Source: an uncultured delta proteobacterium (GTDB lineage Bacteria > Myxococcota > Kuafuiibacteriia > Kuafuiibacteriales > Kuafuiibacteriaceae). Taken from it: a stretch of DNA of 64,000 bases. The first letter of the stretch is position 1, and every line of letters begins with the position of its first letter. Below are positions 1 to 9,717 of the stretch, piece by piece. The position numbers and the translations under genes are program-made. The notes under the pieces were generated by a model. The model did not search any database, was not told where the DNA came from, and worked only from the letters and a program-made list of their open reading frames with translations. Location: assembly GCA_963803435.1 (NCBI GenBank), contig CAWDML010000009.1, positions 384,001 through 448,000 on the forward strand, read 5' to 3'.

Positions 1-5
1 AGTTC

Positions 6-1134
6 TTGGAGGTCGTTTCGTCTGGAATCGATCGTTGGGCGGATCGACTTCGACGCCTGGACTTGATCCCATGGTTTCGTGGCGAAGCAATACCGTTCTT
101 GGACTCCGAGACGGACCCGCGAGGCGAGCGACCGTACTCGCCTCGAATGATGATCGCGCTGCTTCTGTACGCCTACTGCACCGGCATCTATTCGTCGCGG
201 AGGATCGCGCGGGCGACCTACGAAGACATTCCATTCCGGGTGCTGGCTGGAGAAAGTCATCCCCACTTCACGACGATCAACGAGTTTCGGCTCGTCCACC
301 TGGAGGCACTGAAAGCGCTCTTCCTCGAAGCCCTGAAGCTTTGCCAGAAAGCAGGTTTGGTGCGGCTCGGACACGTCGCACTCGATGGCTCGAAGGTGCA
401 GGCGAACGCGAGCAAGCACAAGGCGATGACCTACGAGCGGATGGCCGAGGAGGAGAAGCGGCTGTCTCTCGAGATCGAAGAACTGCTGGAGCGAGCGGGC
501 ACGATCGACCAAGAGGAAGACGAGCGGCTGGGCGTTGAAGAGACTGAAGAGGACATCCCAGCGGAGCTCGCTCGCCGTGAATCCCGCCTTGCCCGCATTC
601 GAGAAGCGAAGGCTGCGCTGTGCCCAAGTTGTCGTAGATGAGCACGCTCAGGTGATTGTCGCCGAAGGGGTCAGCAACCAGGCACCTGATCAGCAACACC
701 TCGTCCCGATGCTCCGTGATGTGTTCGGCAACTGCGGCGATGCTCCGCGGAAGATGACGGCAGACAACGGCTATCTGAGCGCGACCAACATCGAATTCTG
801 CGACAACAATCAGATCGATGCCCACATCGCTGTTGGACGCGAACAGAACCAAGACGCGTCGACTCCGTCCTCATCAGCTTCGGAGCCCACACCTGCCTCG
901 CTCGCTCGCTAGCGAATGCGAGACAAGTTGCAAACGCGCGACGGCAAGGCGGTCTACGCCCGCAGGAAGAGTATCGTCGAACCGGCGCTCGGACAGATCA
1001 AAGGGGCACGAGGATTCCGCCGGTTCTCGCTCCGCTCCTTCTTCAAGGTACGAGCCGAGTGGACGCTCGTCTGCCTCACCCACAACCTGCTCAAGCTCTA
1101 CCGATCGAAGCTCGCGACCGTCGCGAGCGTCTGA
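6..1134 (+). pseudogene. IS1182 transposase pseudogene
   Basis: Frame change near 620, where KAAL joins AQVVVD and the usual TDPD/GYN segment is absent (internal deletion). In-frame TAG at 910-912. Confidence 0.8.
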
Positions 1135-1156
1135 CTCAAGGCAGCCATCTTCAGAT

Positions 1157-1198
1157 CGGGACCCGGACCGGGACCGGGACCGGGACCCGGACCGGGGT
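1157..1198. repeat. Hexamer tandem repeat C(G/C)GGAC, about 7 copies
   Basis: cgggac ccggac cgggac cgggac cgggac ccggac cggggt. Confidence 0.85.
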
Positions 1199-1226
1199 CG
1201 CGTGAGCGCTTACGCGCTACACGCTC

Positions 1227-2669
1227 CTAGTCCGGCTCGGCGTGGCCCGTCGCCAAGACGCAGAGCCCGCCCCGCTGCGCCACGTTGACCACCTGCTTCT
1301 GCGAGGCGCGGCCCAGCGCGGCGACGCCGAACGTCGTCGGCGCGAAGCCCCAGACCGTATAGAACGGCTCGAACGAGACGCTGCCGTCCGGCGCCAGGAC
1401 CGGGAACTCTCGGATCGGGATGGGCGTGAGGAGCTGGAGGACCGAGCGCTCGGTCCTTTGGAGCGCGGCGTCGAGGGCGGCGCTCCAGTCGGAGTCGGTG
1501 AGGGAGGCGCCGAGGATCACGCCCTCGCCGCCGTAGGAGCGGTTCGGCTTGAGGACCAGCGTCTCGCGCTCCTGATGGGCGTAGGGAAGGAGGTCGCCCA
1601 GCTCGCCGTGGGGGAGGGTGGTCCTCCGATCGGCGAGCAGGCGCGTCCAGAGGACGTGGCGCCGGAACACGCGGCGCTCCTCCGGCGTGAAGTGATCGCC
1701 GGCGATCTGCGGATCGGTGAGCACCTCCCAGCAGGCCTTCTGATCCAGCTCGGCCGCGATCGAGGAGATCATCCGGTTCTCGCGGAGCAGCTTCTTCATC
1801 GGCTCGACATCGACGCCCTGCTCCGACAGCTCGATCAGCTCGGCGACGGAGTAGTCGCGGTAGCCGAGATCGATCGCGTGCCCCTCGTAGGTGACCTCGT
1901 CGCCCGCGATCGCGAGCTCGCTCGGATCGGCGTGGAAGACCTGGAGGGAGAAGCGGGACTCGATGTACTTCGCGATCAGGGCCTGCTCGTCGGGGCCGCT
2001 CCCGGCGTACTTGGGCTCGATGAAGCAGATGGCCCGGCCGCCCCGTCCGATCGCCTCCAGGTGGTCGAGCGCGCCCTGCATCAGGAGATCGCGGATGTCG
2101 GGGCCGCGCGAGAGGTCCAGCGTGGGATCGAAGGCCTTGAGCCGCGGCATGACCACCGAGGCGACGATCCGTTCGGCGGTCGGGATCATGTGCAGCCCGC
2201 CGATGCCGCTCATGTTCGGCTCGAGGAAGCGCAGCGTGTCCTTCCAGTGCGAGCTGGTGAAGTCGGCGACCGCGTCGAGGCGGCCGAAGACCGGATTGTC
2301 CTCGTGGTGGCTCCGGCCCCAGCAGCCGAGGATCCAGGCCTCCTCGGCGGCGGGCACCTGGAGCACCTCGCGGAGCCGCGGATCGCGAAGGTAGAGATCG
2401 GGGAGCCGCTTGAGCGCGCGGTGGAGCGTCAGCGACACCGAGTGGACGTACGAGAGCTGCTCGGGGAGCGCCGTGAGCGGGCACGCGAGCAGGCGGATGA
2501 CGTCGACCTCGCTGTCGCGCAGATAGGTGAGCTCTTGCGCCGCCGCCTCGCGCTTGAGCTCGGCCATCATCTCGCGGAGGGACGCGTCGGAGAGCTTGTG
2601 GAAGGCGAGGCGAACCCGATTGGCCAGCGCCATCCCGCTGAGACCGAGCTTTTCCGCCGGAGTGAGCAT
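1227..2669 (-). CDS. Circularly permuted ATP-grasp / glutathionylspermidine-synthase-like amide ligase
   Basis: FGRLD...RFLEPN.SGIGG, LVLKPNRSYGGEGVILG and C-terminal VVNVAQRGG motifs; 480 aa. Confidence 0.72.
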   Translation of the reverse strand: MLTPAEKLGLSGMALANRVRLAFHKLSDASLREMMAELKREAAAQELTYLRDSEVDVIRLLACPLTALPEQLSYVHSVSLTLHRALKRLPDLYLRDPRLREVLQVPAAEEAWILGCWGRSHHEDNPVFGRLDAVADFTSSHWKDTLRFLEPNMSGIGGLHMIPTAERIVASVVMPRLKAFDPTLDLSRGPDIRDLLMQGALDHLEAIGRGGRAICFIEPKYAGSGPDEQALIAKYIESRFSLQVFHADPSELAIAGDEVTYEGHAIDLGYRDYSVAELIELSEQGVDVEPMKKLLRENRMISSIAAELDQKACWEVLTDPQIAGDHFTPEERRVFRRHVLWTRLLADRRTTLPHGELGDLLPYAHQERETLVLKPNRSYGGEGVILGASLTDSDWSAALDAALQRTERSVLQLLTPIPIREFPVLAPDGSVSFEPFYTVWGFAPTTFGVAALGRASQKQVVNVAQRGGLCVLATGHAEPD

Positions 2670-2745
2670 GCGGGTTTACGGTGGCACGGCGCCCGGACGT
2701 CGTCCAGGAGGTGACCGGCCCGAGCCGCTGGGCTACCAGCGACAC

Positions 2746-4245
2746 ATGGACGCGGCGCGCGCGTACGGCGAGCTGCTCGCGCGCTTCCGTGAGGTCGCGC
2801 TCCTGTCGTCGTGCTCGACGCTCCTCGGCTGGGACGAGGAGACGTACATGCCCTCGGGCGGGATCGAGCACCGCGCGCATCAGATCGCGCTGCTCGCCGG
2901 GCTGCGCCACGAGCGCCTCGCGGATCCGGTGCTCGGCGATCTGATCGAGTCCGCCGCGGAGCTAGGGACGCTGAACGAGCTCGCGAACGTGCGCGCGGCG
3001 TCGCGGCTCCATCGACGCCACAGCCGCGTCCCCAAGATCCTCGTCGAGGAGATCGCCGAGACCACCACCATGGGCCAGCACGTCTGGGCGGGTGCGCGGG
3101 CCTCCGAGTCGCCCGAGCCGCTGTTGCCATGGCTCGATCGCATCGTCGCGCTCAAGCGGCGGGAGGCGGAGGCGATCGGCTACGCCGAGGGCGGCGAGGC
3201 GTACGACGTGGCCCTCGACGAGTTCGAGCCCGGCTCGAGCACCGTCGAGATCGAGACGCTCCTGGCGGAGCTGGCGCGGGACGTCCGCCCGCTGCTCGAT
3301 TGGATCCTCGGCGCCACCAAGGTCATCCCCAAGGAGCTCCTCCGCGGGGCCTACCCGATCGACGCGCAGCGCGCCTTCGCGGTCGAGGCGGCCACCGCGG
3401 TCGGCTTCGACTTCGAGCGCGGGCGGCTCGACACCAGCCCTCATCCGTTCAGCGCAGCGGTGGGGCCCGGCGACTGCCGGCTGACCACGCGCTTTCTCCC
3501 GGACGACTTCTCGGAGGGCTTCTTCTGCACGCTGCACGAGGTCGGCCACGGGCTCTTCGATCAGGGGATCGCGCCGGCGGTCTTCGCGCTCCCGGGCGGA
3601 GACGCGCCGTCGCTGGGCCTTCACGAGTCGCAGTCGCGGCTCTGGGAGAACTTCGTCGCGCGTACCTTGGGTTTCTGGACCCACTTCCTCCCCCGCGCGC
3701 GCCGGGCCTTCACGCCCACGCTCGATCGGGTCTCGCTCGACACGTTCCACGCGGCCGTCAACCACGTGGCGCCCTCGAAGCTGCGCGTCCGCGCCGACAT
3801 GGTCACCTACGACCTCCACATCCTGGTGCGCTTCGAGCTGGAGCGCGCGCTCTTCCGCGGAGACCTCGGTGTCGGCGAGATCTCCGAGGCGTGGGACGCG
3901 AAGTACCGGGAGCACCTGGGTCTCACGCCGTCGAGCCCGCGCGAGGGCATGCTCCAGGACGGACACTGGGCCGCCGGCATGTTCGGTTACTTTCCCACCT
4001 ACACGCTGGGGAACCTGATCGCCGCGCAGCTCTACGGCGCGGCCGAGCGCGCGCTGGGCGATCTCGAGGCGCTCTTCGCCCGCGGCGAGTTCGCGCCGCT
4101 GCTCGGCTGGCTTCGAGAGAACGTGCATGCCCTCGGTCATCGGCCCGCGAAGGAGGTGGTCCTCGCCGCCACCGGGGCGCCGCCCTCGCACCGCGCGCTG
4201 GTCGCGCGGCTGACCGACCGGCTCTCGCCGATCTACCGGCTCTGA
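2746..4245 (+). CDS. Carboxypeptidase, family M32 (Taq-type)
   Basis: HPF, HEVGH (HExxH), HESQSRLWEN, QDGHW and GYFPTYTLG motifs. Confidence 0.93.
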   Translation: MDAARAYGELLARFREVALLSSCSTLLGWDEETYMPSGGIEHRAHQIALLAGLRHERLADPVLGDLIESAAELGTLNELANVRAASRLHRRHSRVPKILVEEIAETTTMGQHVWAGARASESPEPLLPWLDRIVALKRREAEAIGYAEGGEAYDVALDEFEPGSSTVEIETLLAELARDVRPLLDWILGATKVIPKELLRGAYPIDAQRAFAVEAATAVGFDFERGRLDTSPHPFSAAVGPGDCRLTTRFLPDDFSEGFFCTLHEVGHGLFDQGIAPAVFALPGGDAPSLGLHESQSRLWENFVARTLGFWTHFLPRARRAFTPTLDRVSLDTFHAAVNHVAPSKLRVRADMVTYDLHILVRFELERALFRGDLGVGEISEAWDAKYREHLGLTPSSPREGMLQDGHWAAGMFGYFPTYTLGNLIAAQLYGAAERALGDLEALFARGEFAPLLGWLRENVHALGHRPAKEVVLAATGAPPSHRALVARLTDRLSPIYRL

Positions 4246-4260
4246 GCTATCTTGGCGTCG

Positions 4261-4734
4261 ATGCGGATCGTGCTCCGACTCCGCGATGGCAAGGTGATCA
4301 CCGGCTACGCCACCGCGTTCGATCCCCAGGACGGCTCGGTGATGGTGATGCTCTCACCGACGTCGCCCGCCGGCAGCCTGATCGACCTCGACAGCGTCGA
4401 GCTCCTGGTCCTCGAGCCCACCGACGGCAAGGCGCTGCCCGCCTTCGTGCGCCGCCCCGTCGAGCCCAGCCCGGGCGTCCGGGTGGTCTTCGCCGACGGC
4501 ACCCTCTTGATCGGCGCCGGCGGCGTGGTGGACGGCCTGGGCGTCTGGATGTGCCCGCCGGAGGATCACTTCGCGCGCGCGTTCATCCCGCAGGGCGCGG
4601 CCCGCTACGTGGAGCTTCTGGACCAGGCGCCCAGCGAGGTCCCGGCCGGCATGTGGGCGTTTCTGAACGACTCCACGCCGACAGACGAGGTCGAGGTACC
4701 GACGGGACCCACGGACGTCACCGAGATGGTGTAG
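4261..4734 (+). CDS. Hypothetical protein with a duplicated small beta module (DUF6982-like)
   Basis: Two similar segments, IVLRLRDGKVITGY and VRVVFADGTLLIG; starts 15 bp after the M32 gene. Confidence 0.5.
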   Translation: MRIVLRLRDGKVITGYATAFDPQDGSVMVMLSPTSPAGSLIDLDSVELLVLEPTDGKALPAFVRRPVEPSPGVRVVFADGTLLIGAGGVVDGLGVWMCPPEDHFARAFIPQGAARYVELLDQAPSEVPAGMWAFLNDSTPTDEVEVPTGPTDVTEMV

Positions 4735-4838
4735 GCGAACGCCGGGGGTCCGTTGCCCGCTCCCATGACATCGGCTCAAGATGTCGGAGTCCTGCCGGTC
4801 CTCTGGACCCGCGGGTCGAACGTCGTAGGGTCTCGATC

Positions 4839-5357
4839 GTGCGGGCATACTTCGACAAGTTTGGACCGATGGTGTACCGGCGCGCGCTGGTCCTCCTCGG
4901 CGATCCGAACGAGGCCGAGGACGCGACGCAGGAGGTCTTCATCCGCGCGCTCCAGAACGAGGACAAGTTTCGCGCGGAGTCCTCGGTGTCGACCTGGCTC
5001 TATCGCATCACCACCAACTATTGCCTCAACCAGGTGCGCAACCGGGCCACCCGCCGCCGGATCCTCGAGGCCCACGGGAAGGATCCTGTGGTCCACCCCA
5101 TCGAGGCCGAGCCCGCCAACATGATCGCGATCCGGCGCCTTCTGGCCGAGGCCGACGAGCGCCAGGCGACCGCCGCCGTCTACGTGTATGTGGACGGCAT
5201 GCGTCGCGAGGAGGTGGCGGAGCTCCTCGGGTGCTCCGTCCGCACCGTGGGTAACCTGCTGGATCGTTTCAATGAATGGGCGAGGCATGCGCTCGACGAT
5301 GTCCCTGCCTGCCGCCCCGCGACCCTCGAGTGTCTAACCGAGGAGACCTCGGGATGA
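4839..5357 (+). CDS. ECF sigma-70 factor (start uncertain; may begin at ATG 4765 if there is an indel)
   Basis: Region 2 EAEDATQEVF..STWLYRITTNYCLN; region 4 GMRREEVAELLGCSVRTV. Confidence 0.9.
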   Translation: MRAYFDKFGPMVYRRALVLLGDPNEAEDATQEVFIRALQNEDKFRAESSVSTWLYRITTNYCLNQVRNRATRRRILEAHGKDPVVHPIEAEPANMIAIRRLLAEADERQATAAVYVYVDGMRREEVAELLGCSVRTVGNLLDRFNEWARHALDDVPACRPATLECLTEETSG

Positions 5358-6134
5358 GCATGGGCCGCACACACCTGGAGCCTCGGGGGCACCTCCCCTC
5401 GGAGGCCTGTCCCTCGGAGCTCGAGCTCGACCGCTTTCACTTCGGTGAGCTCGGCGGTGCGGCGGAGGCGACCCTGGGTGCGCACCTCGAGGCGTGCCGC
5501 GTGTGTACGTCCCGGCTGCGGGCGCGCGAGCGCGGCTTCGGCGCCTTCGAGGCCGTCGACCCCGACCGGATGTTCGCGCGGGTCGAGGCGCGGCTCGCCC
5601 GGGGCCGCCGGCCCTGGGGGTCGATCCGGAGCGTCTCCTGGGTGCCGCTGGCAGCGGCGGCCGCGGCCGCCTTCCTGTTCGTGTCGAGGACGCCCGACCC
5701 GGGCCCGGAGATTATCCGCAGCAAGGGCAGCCTCCGCCTCTCGGTGTATCGAGAGCACGACGGCGCCGTCGAGGCGTTCAGCGCGGGCCCCGCGCTGGTG
5801 CACAGCGGCGATCGCGTGCGGTTCAAGGTCGATCTCCCGGAGCAGGGCGACGGATCCCGAGATCCTGATCGTCGGCCTCGAGGAGAACGGCAAGCTGTTC
5901 ACCTACTATCCCAGCGACGGCAGCCGCCGCTCGTCCAAACCCGAGATCCGTCCCGACGGCGCGCTCGCCGGCGCCATCCAGCTCGACGCCTATCCGGGGG
6001 ACGAGTGGCTCCATCTGGTGCGGTGTCCGCGCGGGTTCTCGGTCGCCGACCTCGACGGATCGCACGGACCGAAGAACCTCGGCATCCCCAAGGAGTGTGA
6101 ACAGACCGCGTTCTTGATGAAGCGATTGAAGTGA
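5354..6134 (+). CDS. Zinc-binding anti-sigma factor (zf-HC2, TM helix, DUF4384/ActD-like C-terminal domain); +1 frameshift near 5855
   Basis: HLEACRVC motif, hydrophobic PLAAAAAAAFLFV, RSKG..L and GDRVRF; continues in the 5445-6134 frame as EILIVGLEENGKLFTYYP. ATGA overlap with the sigma gene. Confidence 0.8.
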
Positions 6135-7720
6135 TGCGTGGCCTCTCGCTCCTCTCCCTCGCGTTCATGGCGCTGGCCTCGACAGCGCAGGGGGCGGAGC
6201 GCCGGTACGCGGTCATCATCGGCAACAATCTGGGACAGGAAGGCGATCGCCCGCTCCGCTACGCCGAGCGCGACGCCGAGAACCTGGGCGGCGTCCTACG
6301 GCGGCTGGGCTCCCTCGACGCCCAGGACACCGTGCTGCTCCTCGGCGAAGACGCCAGCTCGATCCGGCGCGCGCTGCTCGAGGTCAACGCGCGCATCCGC
6401 AGCGAGAGCGATCTGCCGGGCTTTCACAGCACGCTCGTCGTCTATTACTCCGGCCACGCCGACGTGGAGGGCCTCCACCCGGGCCCGGCCGAGAGCCTCT
6501 CCTACGAGGAGCTTCGCGCCATCATGCGCGGTTCTCCGGCCAACGTCCGCCTGCTCGTGCTGGACGCCTGCCGCTCGGGCGAGCTCACGCACGTCAAGGG
6601 CGGCAAGCCCGCCGCCGAGTTCCACCTCACCGCCGACTCGATGCCCGACGTCGAGGGCCTGGTGATGATCTCCTCGAGCGCGGCGGGCGAGGACAGCCAC
6701 GAGTCGGAGCGGCTGGGCGCGTCGTTCTTCTCGCACCACTTCTCCAACGCGCTGCTCGGCGCCGGCGACGAGAACGGCGATGGTCGCATCACGCTGAACG
6801 AAGCGTACGCCTACGCCTACCAGAACACGCTGCGGGCCAGCGGTCAGACGATGACGCTGCAGCACCCCACGTATTCCTACGATCTCAAGGGCCGCGGCGA
6901 GCTGGTGATGACCAAGCTCAGCGGCGACGACGGCCGCTCGGCCTCGCTGGAGCTGGCGGAGGCCGGCCTCTACCTGATCCTCGAGGGCCCGGAGGAGAGC
7001 GGGGACGTCGTCGCCGAGATCCGGACGCCCCGCAATCACACGCGGCTCGCGCTGCCCGCCCGCAGCTACCTGGTCCAGCGGCGCACCGCGGATCACTACC
7101 GCGAGTATGCGGTGAACCTCGAGCCCGGCGCGGTGGTGAAGCTCGATCGCCTCGAGTACAAGCGGATCGGCTACGCGCGGCTGGTCCGCAAGGGGACCGA
7201 GGACAAGCTGTTCGCGCACGGCGTCTACCTGATGGGCTCCGTCCGCGGGTCGCTGCTCGACGGCCTCGGGGCCGCCTACGCGGGGACGATCAGCTACGCC
7301 CTCGATCTCGAGCTGGTGAGCTTCGGCTTCCGCTTCCGCTACGGCCTGTCGCCGGCGGAGCCGCTCGGTGAGACCGCGACCGTTCAACACGAGGAGATCG
7401 GGCTGGCGTTGACCGCGCAGCACTTCGTCGATCTGCCGATCGTGTCGATCGGTGTGGGCTTGATCGCGGAGGGCATCCGCCACCGCCAGCACTTCGATCG
7501 ACGCAACGAGCTCTCGGATCGCATCGGCTATGGCGGCGCCTTCGGAGGCATCTTCACGCTGGAGACGCGTCTGTACGGGCCGCTGGTCCTGCGGGCCGAG
7601 GGCGGACCGATCACGTACGTCTTCCAGCGCACGGTGGTCGAAGCCGGCGCGCAGGTTGCCAAGGAGAGCGCCTCGGCCGTCACCGGCTTCGCCAACCTGG
7701 GGCTCGGATGGCAGTTCTGA
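6131..7720 (+). CDS. Secreted caspase-like peptidase (C14) with a probable C-terminal beta-barrel
   Basis: Signal peptide; LRYAERDA; catalytic YYSGH and LDACRSG; DENGDGRITLNE; alternating beta strands ending GLGWQF. Confidence 0.88.
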   Translation: MMRGLSLLSLAFMALASTAQGAERRYAVIIGNNLGQEGDRPLRYAERDAENLGGVLRRLGSLDAQDTVLLLGEDASSIRRALLEVNARIRSESDLPGFHSTLVVYYSGHADVEGLHPGPAESLSYEELRAIMRGSPANVRLLVLDACRSGELTHVKGGKPAAEFHLTADSMPDVEGLVMISSSAAGEDSHESERLGASFFSHHFSNALLGAGDENGDGRITLNEAYAYAYQNTLRASGQTMTLQHPTYSYDLKGRGELVMTKLSGDDGRSASLELAEAGLYLILEGPEESGDVVAEIRTPRNHTRLALPARSYLVQRRTADHYREYAVNLEPGAVVKLDRLEYKRIGYARLVRKGTEDKLFAHGVYLMGSVRGSLLDGLGAAYAGTISYALDLELVSFGFRFRYGLSPAEPLGETATVQHEEIGLALTAQHFVDLPIVSIGVGLIAEGIRHRQHFDRRNELSDRIGYGGAFGGIFTLETRLYGPLVLRAEGGPITYVFQRTVVEAGAQVAKESASAVTGFANLGLGWQF

Positions 7721-8598
7721 GGTGGGCGCCCCTCGCGGGCGTGCTGCTGATCGGGTGCGGCGACGCGCTGGTGACACAGGACTACCGCGGCGTCCCGCTC
7801 TTCACGATCGAGGGTCGCGTCACCGACATCCGCTACGAGTTCCAGGTCGGTGAGCAGCTGCAGGCGTCCGTCTTCTGGAGCCTGGCGGGGGACACCACCA
7901 TCAACCCTGCGGATCTGGTGGAGCAGACCGCGGTGGCCGTGCGTGTCACCTTTCCGGCGGCGTTCCGGATCAACCTGTTCGACGAGCCCGACCCGGAGCT
8001 CGTCAACGCCAACCGTCTCTACTGGCTGGGCCAGATCATGGTCTACGAGGATGAGGACCAGAACGGTCGCTTCTCCCCGGGCGAGCTTCGCGGCGGCGCG
8101 TCGTACTCCGCCCTCCTGTTCGCCGCGCACCCGCTCCTCCGCGACGAGTCACCCACGGGGCAGGCGCTCCCAGCGGGCTTCACGGTGGTGAACCTCCCGC
8201 TCCCCTGCAGCGTCCCGGACGTGACCCCTCCGGTCCAGGGCGAGGACTGCGGCGTGCCCCTCGGGTCGGGCTGCACCTCCAGCGGGGACTGCGGCCGCGG
8301 GGTCTGCCTCACCAGCGACGGCTACGCCACCTTCCCCGACGGTTACTGCTCGCTCCCCGAGCAGGACGGCTGCGTGCCGTCCAACAGCGCGGTGGGATAC
8401 TTCTACATCCCGCCCCAGACCCCGATCGACCAGGAGCATACGAGCTACTACTACGCGGCCTGCGGGTCCGATCGGGACTGCCGTCCCGGCTATGAGTGCT
8501 TCGCCTATGCGAACGCCTGCCTGCCCAAGCTCCCGGTTTTCATCGATATTTTCCCAGGCTTCCGGTACTCGCCGCTCTGCGGCCGACCGGGCGCATGA
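7708..8598 (+). CDS. Cys-rich lipoprotein
   Basis: Lipobox LLIGC; C-terminal Cys-rich modules (CTSSGDC, FPDGYC, CGSDRDCRPGYEC); overlaps the caspase stop. Confidence 0.75.
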   Translation: MAVLRWAPLAGVLLIGCGDALVTQDYRGVPLFTIEGRVTDIRYEFQVGEQLQASVFWSLAGDTTINPADLVEQTAVAVRVTFPAAFRINLFDEPDPELVNANRLYWLGQIMVYEDEDQNGRFSPGELRGGASYSALLFAAHPLLRDESPTGQALPAGFTVVNLPLPCSVPDVTPPVQGEDCGVPLGSGCTSSGDCGRGVCLTSDGYATFPDGYCSLPEQDGCVPSNSAVGYFYIPPQTPIDQEHTSYYYAACGSDRDCRPGYECFAYANACLPKLPVFIDIFPGFRYSPLCGRPGA

Positions 8599-8743
8599 CC
8601 GGCTGCCGATTCTTTGCCCTCGAGGGTCCAACGAACGACCCGGCATGTGCTCCCGTACGCGGTCTGTCTTCTGCTGACCTGCGCTCCTCATCGGCGAGGG
8701 CTCTTCCGACCCCACTGCCGCCGGTGGGGAGCGACAGGTCGGT

Positions 8744-9163
8744 CTACTGCCCCGGATCGGAGAGCGTGCGGATCGCGGTCCGGACGAAGTCGGCCTCCGT
8801 CACGATCCCCACCACCTGTTGATCCTGAACCACCGGCAGGCAGCCGAATTTGTTCTCCCAGAGGAGCTCGGCGGCGGTCAGCGCGAGGTCGTCGGGGCCG
8901 ATCGTCCGGACCTCGGTGGTCATGATCTCGCGGACGCGCACGAGCGCCTCGTCCATGTTGGGCCCGCGATCCCGGTAGAGCTCCGCGAAGGCCCGCAACA
9001 GATCGCGGTGCGTCACCAGCCCCAGCAGGCGACCCTGGTGGTCGGTGACCGGGAGGTGGCGGATTCGCCCCAGCGTCATCACCGTGTTCGCGAGATCCAT
9101 GGTCTCGTCGTCGAACAGCGTCTCCACGTCGGGGGACATCAGGTCCTTCACCTTCATCGGCAT
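8744..9163 (-). CDS. CBS-domain protein
   Basis: Tandem CBS repeats: KVKDLMS..IRHLPV..LLGLVTHRD and VREIMT..GCLPVV..VGIVTEAD. Confidence 0.92.
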   Translation of the reverse strand: MPMKVKDLMSPDVETLFDDETMDLANTVMTLGRIRHLPVTDHQGRLLGLVTHRDLLRAFAELYRDRGPNMDEALVRVREIMTTEVRTIGPDDLALTAAELLWENKFGCLPVVQDQQVVGIVTEADFVRTAIRTLSDPGQ

Positions 9164-9179
9164 CTCGACCTCCCAAACC

Positions 9180-9194
9180 GCAAGCAACATGCCA
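9180..9194 (-). promoter_or_regulatory. sigma54 -24/-12 promoter
   Basis: TGGCAT-GTTGC-TTGC directly upstream of the CBS gene. Confidence 0.72.
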
Positions 9195-9215
9195 CGCAAG
9201 ACCTCCGTGGTCGGG

Positions 9216-9708
9216 CTAGCCCGCCGTGCTCACCTCGTCCGCTCCGCCCGCGGGCTCGGTCTTCACGGTCAGCACGGGGCAGGGCGACAGTCGGACGACG
9301 CGCTCCGCCACACTGCCCATCAGGAAGTGGGACAGTCCGCTACGCCCGTGCGTCCCCATCACGATCAGATCGAACCCCTCCTCACGGACGATCGCGACGA
9401 TCGTATCTTCTGCGCGCCCGGACTCGAGGCGCGTCCCCACGCGCACGCCCGACAGGTCGAACGCCGCGATGAAGCGGCCGAGCGCGACTTGCGCCTCCCG
9501 GGCGATCCACTCGGTGGCGGTCTGGTAGGGCTGATCCGGGAACCCCATCAGCACGTCGCTGCTGCTCGCCAGGGCCGGGAGGCTCCACACGTGGACGACC
9601 TCGAGCTCGGCGCCGAGGGTCCTCGCCATCAACAGCGCGTAGCGCATGGCCTCCCTCGCGCATTCGGAGAAGTCGACCGGGACCAGAGATCCTCTTGATG
9701 TCGTCCAT
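9216..9708 (-). CDS. Universal stress protein; +1 frameshift near 9687
   Basis: MDDIKRI joins LVPVDFSE after removing one base; DLIVMGTHGRSG..MGSVAERVVR..PCPVL; RBS GAGGAGG. Confidence 0.88.
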
Positions 9709-9717
9709 GCCTCCTCC

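Larger units (their letters stand above)
6..1230 (+). mobile_element. Decayed IS1182-family insertion sequence (left end probably outside the window)
   Basis: Transposase motifs PYSPRMMIALLLYAY..GIYSSRRIAR, VALDGSKVQANASKH, ADNGYLS and YARRKSIVEP..GQIK..RGFRRFSLR are spread over ORFs 6-641, 535-912 and 916-1134. Candidate right end ACACGCTCCTAG finishes in CTAG at 1227-1230. Confidence 0.85.

Noticed and set aside
910-912. In-frame TAG in the transposase as pyrrolysine or readthrough
   Set aside because: The same gene has an internal deletion with a frame change, so decay is the simpler explanation.
1157-1198. Possible CRISPR or iteron array
   Set aside because: 6-bp units without spacers, and no cas or rep genes.
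2682-2696. TGGCACG upstream of the carboxypeptidase as a sigma54 promoter
   Set aside because: No GC at the -12 position.
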